Assembly: GCA_020697715.1 (NCBI GenBank)
Contig: JAEHCO010000006.1
Coordinates: 13,941-77,940 of the forward strand
Reading direction: 5' to 3'
DNA from: Methanobacteriota archaeon
Lineage (GTDB): Archaea > Thermoplasmatota > Thermoplasmata > SG8-5 > JAGLSY01
DNA length: 64,000 bases
Every line of letters starts with the position of its first letter. Positions within the stretch are counted from its first letter, which is position 1. This document shows positions 20,467 to 29,448 of this stretch, in pieces. The notes below the pieces were generated by a model. The model saw only the letters and a program-made list of their open reading frames with translations, was not told the origin of the DNA and made no database searches. Position numbers and translations under genes: made by a program.

Positions 20467-20587
20467 CAGAACTGGATGTTTCCGTGTTCATATAAGGATA
20501 TTGATTCGTCGAATGTACTCTGGAGAGGTATTTTTAAATAATATTCTTGAGTTAATGTGGTTTAGGGAAAGAGATAGAGGATCCTAA

Positions 20588-21115
20588 ATGACTCATCCAG
20601 AACATGAGCTATATGAATTTAAAAAGAAGGTCAAGAAGGGGCAGAGAATTATTAATGTTGTATTGATTATCTGCATACCAGTAATACTTTACATTCTTTT
20701 TGATCTATTGTTCGAAGTGGCCGGTCCATATGCTGGAATCGCTATCACGATCGTTGCATTTTCTATTGGCGGAATTCAAACAATAGGCAATTATCTTGAT
20801 CTGAAAAGATGCAGGTATCATAGATTCTATGGATCCGTGGAAGAGCTAAAAGAAAGGCTGGAATCATATTTCGATGAAAATAATATGAAATATGAAAAAG
20901 ATCTAAATTACAAATATAAAAAACCATATAATCCGACCAAAACAGACAGTGTGAATTATGATCTGCGAACATTTGATATTAACATATTTCCTTTTCCTGG
21001 CCACGGTTTTTCTGATATTCGTATCCTGCCAAAAGGCCTATTGGAGACTTTTGTTGATGACATTGAAGAACAGATATATGATCTGATAAAGGATAAGCGA
21101 GGATGGGAGAATTAA
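20588..21115 (+). CDS. Hypothetical membrane protein (2 TM)
   Basis: 175-aa ORF with two N-terminal TM helices; AT-rich promoter-like sequence and GAGG upstream. Confidence 0.6.
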   Translation: MTHPEHELYEFKKKVKKGQRIINVVLIICIPVILYILFDLLFEVAGPYAGIAITIVAFSIGGIQTIGNYLDLKRCRYHRFYGSVEELKERLESYFDENNMKYEKDLNYKYKKPYNPTKTDSVNYDLRTFDINIFPFPGHGFSDIRILPKGLLETFVDDIEEQIYDLIKDKRGWEN

Positions 21116-21131
21116 TTCGCCTCATCAACCC

Positions 21132-21211
21132 TCATAAACATTCAATGACTTGATATTGGTAAATGCCAAGATCAAGATTCATAAACATTCAATGACTTGA
21201 TATTGGTAAAT
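21132..21211. repeat. 33-bp perfect direct repeat (offset 47 bp) duplicating the 3' end of the SSADH gene
   Basis: TCATAAACATTCAATGACTTGATATTGGTAAAT at 21132-21164 and 21179-21211. Confidence 0.9.
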
Positions 21212-22542
21212 TCCCTGATGCCGAACTTTCCAAGTTCCCGGCCAATACCACTTTTCTTGATGCCACCAAAAGGTACACGTGGGTCGGATTTGGTTATGGA
21301 ATTGATAAAGACCGTGCCAGCTTCTATCCTGCTGGCAATTCGTTTTCCATTATCCAGATCACTGGTCCATACACTTCCGCCCAAACCAAACTCCGTCATA
21401 TTCGCGATCTTGATGGCCTCATCATCGTCCTTGAAAGATATTATGGGAGCCACAGGCCCAAAGACTTCCTCTTTCATCACCCTCATGTCCAAATCCACAT
21501 TCCCAATAACAGTCGGCATATAGAAGAAGCCAGTGCCTTGCCGGATATTGCCGCCGGCAAGTATCGACGCGCCCTTTTCAACAGCATCCCTCACCTGCCC
21601 ATCCACTTCCTCAAGGGCATGTTGATCCACTATGGGGCCTATTTGTGTTTCAGGGCTCATTGGATCGCCCACTTTCAGGGCACTGACCTTTTCTGCAAAT
21701 AAAGTTGAGAAAGACTTCAGAACGGACTCATGCACGATGAAGCGCTTGGCCGCGATACAGCTCTGGCCATTGTTCATCATTCGACCGATGACTGCATTGC
21801 CTGCGGCCTTTTCAATGTCCGCATCCGCCATAACTATAAAGGGGTCGGAACCACCCAGTTCGAGCACCACTTTCTTCAGACCCTGGCCAGCGGATGAAGC
21901 GACCATGCTTCCCGCAGCTGTACTTCCGGTCAGCGACACACCTTTGATAAGATCCGAATTGAGCAAAGGGGCTACATCATCATGCCCGGCGATTATGGTT
22001 CGGAATACATCCTTGGGGAAGCCAGCTTTCATGAAAGCGAACCTGATGGCCATCGCACACCCAGGAACCGTATTGGAATGTTTCAAGATCGAAACATTTC
22101 CAGCAAGAGTTGTGGGAATAGCGAATCTCAGAGCCTGCCAGAAGGGGAAGTTCCAGGGCATTATCGACAAAATAACACCCAGTGGTTCGTATGACACTTG
22201 GTGTTCCAGGCCATCGGCCACAATACTTTCCGGGGCAAGCCATTCAACCGCATTCTCTGCAAACACCTCCGCGGTCCAGGCGCATTTCTCCACCTCGGCC
22301 AGCGCCTCGGATATGGGCTTTCCCATTTCCCTCACCATCAACCGTGAATATTCATCCTTATTATCTCTCAAGACCTCTGCCAATCTTAGATAATGTGGTA
22401 TCCTGTCCTCGAGAGGGACATCCCGCCATGAGAGAAAGGCCTCATGGCATTCCTTCGATATCTGGATGATCTCGTCCCCAGTCATGGTATCATACTCGCC
22501 CATGACGGAGCCGGTCGTTGGATCTATGGTGTAAAATCTCAT
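21172..22542 (-). CDS. NAD(P)-dependent succinate-semialdehyde dehydrogenase-like aldehyde dehydrogenase
   Basis: MPWNFPFWQ, LTGS, LELGGSDP, NNGQSCIAAKR, EEVFGP and PFGGIKKSG motifs. Confidence 0.9.
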   Translation of the reverse strand: MRFYTIDPTTGSVMGEYDTMTGDEIIQISKECHEAFLSWRDVPLEDRIPHYLRLAEVLRDNKDEYSRLMVREMGKPISEALAEVEKCAWTAEVFAENAVEWLAPESIVADGLEHQVSYEPLGVILSIMPWNFPFWQALRFAIPTTLAGNVSILKHSNTVPGCAMAIRFAFMKAGFPKDVFRTIIAGHDDVAPLLNSDLIKGVSLTGSTAAGSMVASSAGQGLKKVVLELGGSDPFIVMADADIEKAAGNAVIGRMMNNGQSCIAAKRFIVHESVLKSFSTLFAEKVSALKVGDPMSPETQIGPIVDQHALEEVDGQVRDAVEKGASILAGGNIRQGTGFFYMPTVIGNVDLDMRVMKEEVFGPVAPIISFKDDDEAIKIANMTEFGLGGSVWTSDLDNGKRIASRIEAGTVFINSITKSDPRVPFGGIKKSGIGRELGKFGIREFTNIKSLNVYES

Positions 22543-22563
22543 TGAGCTATTAATGGCTTTAGT

Positions 22564-22704
22564 CATATATGATATTAATCATACTCATGATAGTTGATAT
22601 CATAGATCGACATATATGATATTAATCGTGCTTATGGTAGTTGATATCATAGATCGACATATATGTTATTAATCATGCTCATGGTAGTGAATGTCACATA
22701 TCAT
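22564..22704. repeat. Three tandem 47-bp imperfect repeats upstream of SSADH
   Basis: Unit CATATATGATATTAATCATACTCATGATAGTTGATATCATAGATCGA starting at 22564, 22611 and 22658. Confidence 0.9.
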
Positions 22705-23138
22705 TATGGACAGTATAACATTTTTATATGTTCTATTCCAGCCTCTAAGAACACATCCCCCACGGGTTTGAAACCAAGCTCGATATAGAAATCTCTGGCG
22801 GTCAATTGCGCATGACCGCCAATTGGGATGTCAGGCCTCTTTTCACATTCATCCAAAATGGCCTTTACCATTAATTTTCCCAATCCCAGGCCCCGGTAAT
22901 CTTTCAGGATGGCAATTCGCTCCACCTTCTGCATATCCTCATGAATGGTCAATCTTCCAGCACCAACAGCCTGGCCATTGACCAAACCGATGAAGTGCAT
23001 GGCCTCATCCTCAAATCCATCATATTCTATGTCCGCTGGAACATTCTGTTCGGTGATGAAAACCTCTCTACGGATATCGAAGACCTTCTGCCTTTCATCC
23101 AGATCAAGAATGGGGCGGCATACGATATCACTTGTCAA
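22704..23138 (-). CDS. ElaA/YjcF-like GNAT acetyltransferase
   Basis: IRREVFITEQNVP, RIAILKDYRGLGLG, HAQ and FLEAGIEHIKM motifs. Confidence 0.9.
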   Translation of the reverse strand: MTSDIVCRPILDLDERQKVFDIRREVFITEQNVPADIEYDGFEDEAMHFIGLVNGQAVGAGRLTIHEDMQKVERIAILKDYRGLGLGKLMVKAILDECEKRPDIPIGGHAQLTARDFYIELGFKPVGDVFLEAGIEHIKMLYCP

Positions 23139-25191
23139 GATACCGCTTCCCTATCAAGACCATGATGACGGTCGCGATGATCGCAATGACAATAAGCACA
23201 CCGAGATATCCCGATGCCTCTTCAATGGATTCACTTATCGGGACAGTCCTTATAGGCTCGCTGGTGAAGGAAAGTACCAGGCCATCTTTCAGATGATTCC
23301 CCCAAAGGTCCGTGGCATCATCAGATAATGTCACGACATAATATGTGAGATTAGTAAAAGAGCTTGATGGTGTGAAGGTCATATTATTATCAGACCAGGA
23401 AAAGACACCAGTGACATTATTTGATATGATGAAGGACTCTTCCACCGAGGTCTTGTTCATGGCCTCGGAGAAGTATATGATAATGGTGGAGTTCAGATTC
23501 ACATCCAGCTGGCCATGTATCAGATTCGTCGATGTGATCACAGGCGGGGTTATATCTCCAAGATCGGTGAATGTCACAAGGACCTCATCGGCGATCTCCA
23601 CGCTTCGAGGATTATTATTGAAGGCCATTCCAGGGTTCCAGACTTCCACTTCCAATGTGTAATAGAAAAGCCCGACCGAGGTCACTCTGATCTTCTGTAC
23701 CAGTATGAAATCAGTAAAGCCAGATGCGCCGGTTGAGATATTATTGCTGTAAATGGTGGAAAGCTCCCTGATCTCCACCGTGGCATTCTGCACAGGATGT
23801 TCTGTGAAGTTCTGCACCTGAACCCGGATGCTGCCATATGACACGAAATAACAGCTTTCCCCAACAATTATCCGGGATTCATTGACAGAATTATTATATG
23901 ATCTGGCATTCGATGTTTCGAAGAGGTTCACATCCCCATGCCTGGAATTTGAGAACGCGGAATTATAGATATTGAAAGAAGAATTAACAGCATAGATACC
24001 ATTCATATTGAAGGATATCGTACAATTATCAATGGTCACATTCTTACAATCATAAAGGGTGATAGAGCCCTGATTTGTAGCAAAACCATAGAAGCCATTG
24101 TCAAGCCCAGAGTTCAGATTGACATCTTTAATTGTCGTGTCCTTGAGCCCTATATGATAAAGATCACCTGCTGGGATGCCATTGATAGAATTGCCACTCA
24201 TATTCATTATCACATTCTTGGAATCATATGGAATATCCACGCCCACATCATTAAATTCCATTCGATTGTTCCTGAAAGTGGAATTAGAACCTATGAACCG
24301 CGTACCATTGCCATCGCATGATCTTATCAAATTACCTTCAACAAGAGGAGAGCAGTAGAAAACGAATAATCCATCATAGCAATGACTGACCGTATTATCT
24401 CTTATGATGGTTGATGAATTCCATAAGAGCATGCCAACAGCGCACACTTCGATATTATTATTCAGAATTAGGGCGTCGGAATAAGCGATTATACCATGCC
24501 AGCATGTGTTGATACGATTATTCAGGATGGTCGGCATAGAGAGATTGTCGCATATTATCCCTGCATAGAGCGAATTGTTGATATGGCAATTATTTATCAT
24601 CGGAGTTGAATTGGCACCACAGTAAACAGCGAAAAAATGACTGTAAGCGATGGTGGAGTTCGATATGACTGGCGAAGTTCCATTAGAGCATTTGATCCCT
24701 TCAGTAGCGAATGTCACGTCCACGTAATCGAGCACTGTGTTCTTGCTGGTCGATAGGATATCGATGCCGTCCCAATCTCGAGATGCAGGATTAGGGGTCG
24801 CTGGTTTGAACTGGATCCGACTCTGAGGATCCAGCGGATCCCTCCCATGCGCATCCAGAGTTCCAGCCACATTGAGTTTGGCACCTAAACTGAAAAGCAT
24901 GACGACACCAGGTTCGATCGTGAGAACAGCACCAATTCCAATAGTGATAGTGTTCTGCACCTTGTACGGGCTCCTTCCAATATCCCAGGTTGTGGATGAG
25001 AGAATATCATCTGTTATTATTGTCCCGGGATCGATAGCCCTTGTGCCACCCGGATCAAAATCCTGGGCTACAGGAACCTGGATGTCCAGGTCATGGACAT
25101 CCAGGGTATCATCCGCAGGGCCATAGGAAAATGGCAATGGCGCTATCATGAATATAACAAGCAATATGGCCAGTACACGAACGTGGTTCAT
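23128..25191 (-). CDS. Secreted right-handed beta-helix (NosD-like) protein with Ig-like (Big_5) domain and C-terminal TM anchor
   Basis: Signal peptide; SPY...LTIEPGV and Asn-ladder repeats; DITPP...FSEAMNKTSVE...DLWGN motif; C-terminal TM. Confidence 0.8.
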   Translation of the reverse strand: MNHVRVLAILLVIFMIAPLPFSYGPADDTLDVHDLDIQVPVAQDFDPGGTRAIDPGTIITDDILSSTTWDIGRSPYKVQNTITIGIGAVLTIEPGVVMLFSLGAKLNVAGTLDAHGRDPLDPQSRIQFKPATPNPASRDWDGIDILSTSKNTVLDYVDVTFATEGIKCSNGTSPVISNSTIAYSHFFAVYCGANSTPMINNCHINNSLYAGIICDNLSMPTILNNRINTCWHGIIAYSDALILNNNIEVCAVGMLLWNSSTIIRDNTVSHCYDGLFVFYCSPLVEGNLIRSCDGNGTRFIGSNSTFRNNRMEFNDVGVDIPYDSKNVIMNMSGNSINGIPAGDLYHIGLKDTTIKDVNLNSGLDNGFYGFATNQGSITLYDCKNVTIDNCTISFNMNGIYAVNSSFNIYNSAFSNSRHGDVNLFETSNARSYNNSVNESRIIVGESCYFVSYGSIRVQVQNFTEHPVQNATVEIRELSTIYSNNISTGASGFTDFILVQKIRVTSVGLFYYTLEVEVWNPGMAFNNNPRSVEIADEVLVTFTDLGDITPPVITSTNLIHGQLDVNLNSTIIIYFSEAMNKTSVEESFIISNNVTGVFSWSDNNMTFTPSSSFTNLTYYVVTLSDDATDLWGNHLKDGLVLSFTSEPIRTVPISESIEEASGYLGVLIVIAIIATVIMVLIGKRYLDK

Positions 25192-25200
25192 ATTATCGGC

Positions 25201-25824
25201 TCATTTGTCTGATTTTTCCACACGGGTCCTTAGCAAGCCAGCTGCCCTGAGTTCTTTCTTCAGAGTCTCTACACCTGTTATGATGTCCGCTTCCTGCTTC
25301 GCACCTGTGCACACGACCTTTCCTGATCCGAATAGAAGCATGACGACCTTTGGCACTGCAACCCTGTAAACCAATCCAGGGAACTGCTCTGGCTCGTATT
25401 CCACTCTTTCCAATCCCAGAGTGATGGCTATCGCATTGAGATTGAGATCGCTCTTGAGGTCATAAACTGCAACGATGTTCTGAACTGTTATGACTGGTTT
25501 CTTGATGATCCCGGCCATGCCAGCATCTTCCAGTTTCTTGCTCACTGTCTTGATCGTGGTCTGCACACTCTCAATGGTCTTGGCGCCTGTACAATTTGCC
25601 TTACCACTTCTGAAAAGTAATATAGCTGTCTTCTCTGACTTCAGCCTGTACACGAGCCCAGGAAACTGCTCTGGCTCGTATTCCGCACCCTCAAGTGCGA
25701 GAGCGACTGCTGTAAGATCCAGCTTTTCTGCCAATACTGTCGAAGCAACGATATTCTCGATGCTAACCTCTGTCTTCTGTACTTTCTTATCATCAGATTT
25801 TTTATCTGCTTTCTTTGCTGCCAT
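25201..25824 (-). CDS. tbp: TATA-box-binding protein
   Basis: Two repeats IENIVAS/VQNIVA...YEPEQFPGLVYR...LLF.SGK..CTGAK. Confidence 0.98.
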   Translation of the reverse strand: MAAKKADKKSDDKKVQKTEVSIENIVASTVLAEKLDLTAVALALEGAEYEPEQFPGLVYRLKSEKTAILLFRSGKANCTGAKTIESVQTTIKTVSKKLEDAGMAGIIKKPVITVQNIVAVYDLKSDLNLNAIAITLGLERVEYEPEQFPGLVYRVAVPKVVMLLFGSGKVVCTGAKQEADIITGVETLKKELRAAGLLRTRVEKSDK

Positions 25825-25840
25825 TTTCAAACTCCCCTTA

Positions 25841-25908
25841 CTTTAAATACTCTTTATATAGTCTTTATATACTAATTTATCACGCGAGATACTCTTACTG
25901 TTTAAATA
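25841..25908. promoter_or_regulatory. TATA-like boxes upstream of tbp, three of them at 11-bp period
   Basis: CTTTAAATA 25841, CTTTATATA 25852, CTTTATATA 25863, GTTTAAATA 25900. Confidence 0.6.
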
Positions 25909-26000
25909 GTATTTGGTTCAAAGCCCCTATTTTGAGCAATTCTACAATAATCAAATCCAGGCCAAAATATTGAAATGGTCCTGGTGTTTACGGCCTACTG

Positions 26001-26636
26001 ATGAAAGCGATCATATTCGACCTTGATGGAACTCTTCTGGATTCCCGCCAGACAATTAGAAGATGTCTCAATGCCGCGATAATGGAATTCGGAGAAGAGC
26101 CATTTGAGGGAGAGGATCTGAAACAACTTATTGGCAGACATCTGATGGAGATCCTGGCCCTGAAAGGTCTGGGAACCGAGGAAGTGGCCGAAAGATATCG
26201 GCAGATACAGATGGACACATACCACCAGGACATGAAGATGTATGACGGAGTGGTCCAGATGCTGGATCTGCTTAAGAAAAATGGTCTTTCTCTGGGAGTG
26301 GCCACCATGAGGAATGGCCGAATAACAAGGGACATACTGAATGGTATCGGGATCGGCCATTATTTTGATGCGATGGTGGGAGTGGATGATGCAGAAAGGC
26401 CGAAGCCAGAGCCGGATCAGGTGGTCAAGGCTTGCCGTCTTTTAGGAGTGAGTGAAAAGGATGCGGCAATGGTGGGAGACACCACCATGGATGTTCTATC
26501 TGGCAAGGCAGCGGGTTGTGCCGCTATCGGAGTCTCATGGGGAAATGGCGAGGCGCAGGATCTGAAGAATGCGGGCGCGGATCATGTATGTGATTCCATG
26601 AAGGAACTGGAGCAATTGCTTCTTGGTATGATCTAA
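26001..26636 (+). CDS. HAD-superfamily hydrolase (phosphoglycolate phosphatase-like)
   Basis: FDLDGTLLDS, KPEP and MVGDTTMD motifs. Confidence 0.92.
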   Translation: MKAIIFDLDGTLLDSRQTIRRCLNAAIMEFGEEPFEGEDLKQLIGRHLMEILALKGLGTEEVAERYRQIQMDTYHQDMKMYDGVVQMLDLLKKNGLSLGVATMRNGRITRDILNGIGIGHYFDAMVGVDDAERPKPEPDQVVKACRLLGVSEKDAAMVGDTTMDVLSGKAAGCAAIGVSWGNGEAQDLKNAGADHVCDSMKELEQLLLGMI

Positions 26637-26673
26637 GAAAATTGGTCAGATGTTTTTCAATATATTGAGATAC

Positions 26674-26702
26674 AAAAAAAGATGGGGCAGACGAACTGCC
26701 CC
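26674..26702 (-). terminator. Hairpin plus U-tract downstream of ftsZ
   Basis: GGGGCAG-acgaa-CTGCCCC with an A7 run on the + strand side. Confidence 0.65.
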
Positions 26703-26802
26703 AGAGATCTTTGGATAGGTTAATTCGGATACTGGCTGTAGACCAGCCAATTCATTAATTTGAATACCGGAGGTGTCATGAATACCCCCGGAGGCTATCT
26801 TA

Positions 26803-27846
26803 TCAGGCGATCATGGGTATCGCATATTGGATCGTCGTCTGCTCGGACTGCATGCTCATATATGGGTCTGAGAATTCCACACCATTTACCACGGACATTA
26901 TCTTGATCTCTCCATGATAATCATCATCTATCCTGGCACCGAATATCACATTGGCATCTGGTCCCATGAAATCAGTCATTCCACTGATTATCTCATTGGT
27001 CTGAGCCACTGTCAGATCTGGTCCAGAGGTTATGTGAATGAAGGTACTGGAGGCACCGGAATAATCCACATTGAGAAGAGGATTGCCCAATGCTTCCGCG
27101 ATCACAGCCTGTGGATCGTGAGAGGAGTTCTCCGCATAGAGAATGGTGGACGTTCCACCGCCGCTCATGACCGTACGAAGATCTGCAAAGTCCAGATTTA
27201 TCATGGAGGGTTTGAGAATGGCGTCGCTTATGCTCTTTATGACCTCGGAGATAAGCTGATCCATGACACTGAATGCCTGACCAATTGGTAAGGAAGGCAC
27301 CATTGTCAATAATCTATTATTATCCATAATGATCGTACTATCAGTAGCTTTTTTCAGCTTATCAATGCCGATCATGGCCTTCTGCCTTCGACCCTTTTCA
27401 GCATCGAAAGGTGTTGTCACCATGCCGATAACTACTGATCCTAATTCTTTCGCGATTTCTGCTACAACTGGTGCTGAGCCTGTGCCTGTGCCACCGCCCA
27501 TACCTGCTGTAATGAAAGTTATGTCCGCTCCGGAGAGAAGTGATCTAATTTCTTCTCTCGCTTCTTCTGCACAATACTCACCAACCTCTGGGTGTCCACC
27601 TGCGCCTCGGCCCTTCGTGGTCTTGCGACCAATGAGGAGCTTCTTATCAGCGATGATGGTCTTGAGGTGCGCCTCATCGGTGTTGATAGCAATGGTCTCG
27701 GCTCCATGAACACCAAGACGTCCCAGTCTATCCAGACTGTTATTGCCACCACCACCGCAGCCAACCACGACTATCCTGGGGTCAGCTATGAGTTGCTCCA
27801 TCGGCGAGGAGTACTGCAATGCATCGTCTACTATTTTTAATCCCAT
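26803..27846 (-). CDS. ftsZ: Cell division protein FtsZ (probably FtsZ2 type)
   Basis: VVGCGGGGNN, AINTD, GMGGGTGTG and NLDFAD motifs; lies downstream of an RHH gene as in cdrS-ftsZ2 loci. Confidence 0.97.
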   Translation of the reverse strand: MGLKIVDDALQYSSPMEQLIADPRIVVVGCGGGGNNSLDRLGRLGVHGAETIAINTDEAHLKTIIADKKLLIGRKTTKGRGAGGHPEVGEYCAEEAREEIRSLLSGADITFITAGMGGGTGTGSAPVVAEIAKELGSVVIGMVTTPFDAEKGRRQKAMIGIDKLKKATDSTIIMDNNRLLTMVPSLPIGQAFSVMDQLISEVIKSISDAILKPSMINLDFADLRTVMSGGGTSTILYAENSSHDPQAVIAEALGNPLLNVDYSGASSTFIHITSGPDLTVAQTNEIISGMTDFMGPDANVIFGARIDDDYHGEIKIMSVVNGVEFSDPYMSMQSEQTTIQYAIPMIA

Positions 27847-27863
27847 GTTTATCCATCCTGTTT

Positions 27864-28244
27864 GGAGCAGTATTACTGTAAATAATGCATTATCTAATCG
27901 CCCTCGTATCACTAGCGATTAGATGAACTAACACGTCCCAGTTCATATATCTGGTAAGTGTTTGTTCATGAAGAGGTGTACTGCTCCGTAGCACCTTTTC
28001 GTGCATCCCATTCGAGAAATCCTTGTGCGGGCCTTTGGCGGCCCTCGATAAGGTATCCTGAGTGGAGCCATAACTCCACCTGGACATTTCTCGTCCCTAA
28101 TCCAATACCCTATCCCTATGGTATTGGATCCTGACAAGACCATGTTCCCTTCGCCTATTTTCTAATCGCCTCCGTTCTTAATATCGCTAGCGATTAGTTG
28201 AACATACACTTGCCAGTTCATATATCTAGCAAGTGTTTGTTCAA
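27864..28244 (-). ncRNA. Candidate structured cis-regulatory RNA/ncRNA with duplicated two-hairpin module (27893-27968 and 28161-28244)
   Basis: At least 8 stems visible by eye; the two module copies keep their stems while their loops differ. Confidence 0.5.
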
Positions 28245-28564
28245 GGTTCCTGTGAATCCTGCTCCAGGGTCCTTTTTAGCTTCATGCGCACGTAATCTCG
28301 CACGGCATTTCGGACCGCGTCGTCGACGGAGATAGCGTCTCCATCGTGAACGAGCTCTTCGAGCTTGACCACATTTCCCTTTGGCAATTCAACCGTCATA
28401 CGGGTGATGTGCTCCGGTGTGATATGCGTTTCAACGAATTCATCGATGGCGGCCCGGACCACGTCGGATATATTGGTGTACTGGCCCTTGTCAATTAGTA
28501 TCTGGAGGGCTTCTAATTTATCCACGGGTATCCTGACTGTCACTCTCTCTGATTCTTTTGCCAT
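28241..28564 (-). CDS. Ribbon-helix-helix regulator with two RHH domains (CdrS-like)
   Basis: ERVTVRIP...GQYTNISDVVRAAI and RMTVELP...ISVDDAVRNAVRDY; upstream of ftsZ. Confidence 0.85.
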   Translation of the reverse strand: MAKESERVTVRIPVDKLEALQILIDKGQYTNISDVVRAAIDEFVETHITPEHITRMTVELPKGNVVKLEELVHDGDAISVDDAVRNAVRDYVRMKLKRTLEQDSQEP

Positions 28565-28586
28565 GATCGCACCTAGTTTTTCGCCT

Positions 28587-28650
28587 TGTCAGACAGATTT
28601 ATCGTTTCTGTCCGACAGGTATATGACAAAGAAAGTATATAAACCCTTCG
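28587..28650 (-). promoter_or_regulatory. BRE-TATA promoter with two TGTC-N-GACA palindromes downstream
   Basis: Minus strand CGAAGGG-TTTATATA (28636-28650); TGTCAGACA 28587-28595 and TGTCCGACA 28609-28617. Confidence 0.6.
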
Positions 28651-28745
28651 ATAAAAGTGCATTGTTAAGTTATTGTTGTACGAAACCTCTATAAGGGCAA
28701 TGAGTGATTCACCTGTACGATCAAATAAAAGTGAGGGTGAAAAAT

Positions 28746-29123
28746 ATGGGTTTATTAGACGCAGTATTAGGAAATGCAGGGGTTGTTAACTCCCAGGAGT
28801 TAACAAGCGAATACGGAACATTATTGACTGAAGGAGAGATAATTGAAGTTGGATTCAAAGTGATCAGAGATACTTTTATTTTCACTAATAAAAGGATGAT
28901 CCTTGTTGATAAGCAAGGGATCACGGGCAAAAAAACAGAGTACAAATCGATCTTGTACAAAAGCATCTCGAGGTTCAGCATTGAAACCGCAGGAACATTC
29001 GATATGGATGCCGAGCTGAAGATATGGATATCAAGCGAGACAATACCATCCATAGTCAAGACCTTCAATAAAAAGGTCAATATCTACGACTTGCAAAAAG
29101 TGTTGGCAAATCATCTATTGTAA
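28746..29123 (+). CDS. Bacterial PH-domain protein (YvbH/bPH_1-like)
   Basis: IRDTFIFTNKRMILVDKQGITGKK and FSIETAGTFDMDAELKIW motifs. Confidence 0.9.
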   Translation: MGLLDAVLGNAGVVNSQELTSEYGTLLTEGEIIEVGFKVIRDTFIFTNKRMILVDKQGITGKKTEYKSILYKSISRFSIETAGTFDMDAELKIWISSETIPSIVKTFNKKVNIYDLQKVLANHLL

Positions 29124-29448
29124 GTTACCAGTCTCTAAATAGGCTTGATCAGGTCAAATCCTAATGTATATTTTAGATATGCACAAGAAGCTGGCATTCC
29201 TGTTTCGGGATCTGTATCAGATACAAGATCCCGCTCATCATACGAATTGAGTACGATATCAGTTAGATATGTAGGGTTTATACATATATACATAAACCTT
29301 TTAATAACAAGTATAAATAGTTTTAAGTATAACTTCAATAATTGGTATATTGGATGGGTTTTGCACTCATATTGAATGGGTCCATGCTCATATAATGATA
29401 TGAGAAAGTGCGCTGGAGAAGGCGGACTATGACTCAAAAACAAGGGTG

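Noticed and set aside
22564-22704. CRISPR mini-array
   Set aside because: Units are contiguous with no unique spacers, and no cas genes are in the window
25910-25930. tRNA T-arm-like GGTTCAAAGCCC
   Set aside because: No acceptor, D or anticodon arms; lies in AT-rich promoter sequence
27847-27912. N-terminal extension of FtsZ given by the ORF track
   Set aside because: Overlaps the structured repeat; ATG 27846 matches the expected FtsZ N-terminus better
27864-28244. SRP RNA, RNase P RNA or twister ribozyme
   Set aside because: No GGAA-capped helix 8, no GAGGAAAGUCC P4 and no twister pseudoknot partners despite partial word matches
29135-29445. Short ORFs and the CGGGATCT..AGATCCCG hairpin near 29205-29234
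   Set aside because: ORFs lack convincing starts or composition; a single hairpin is insufficient to call an element
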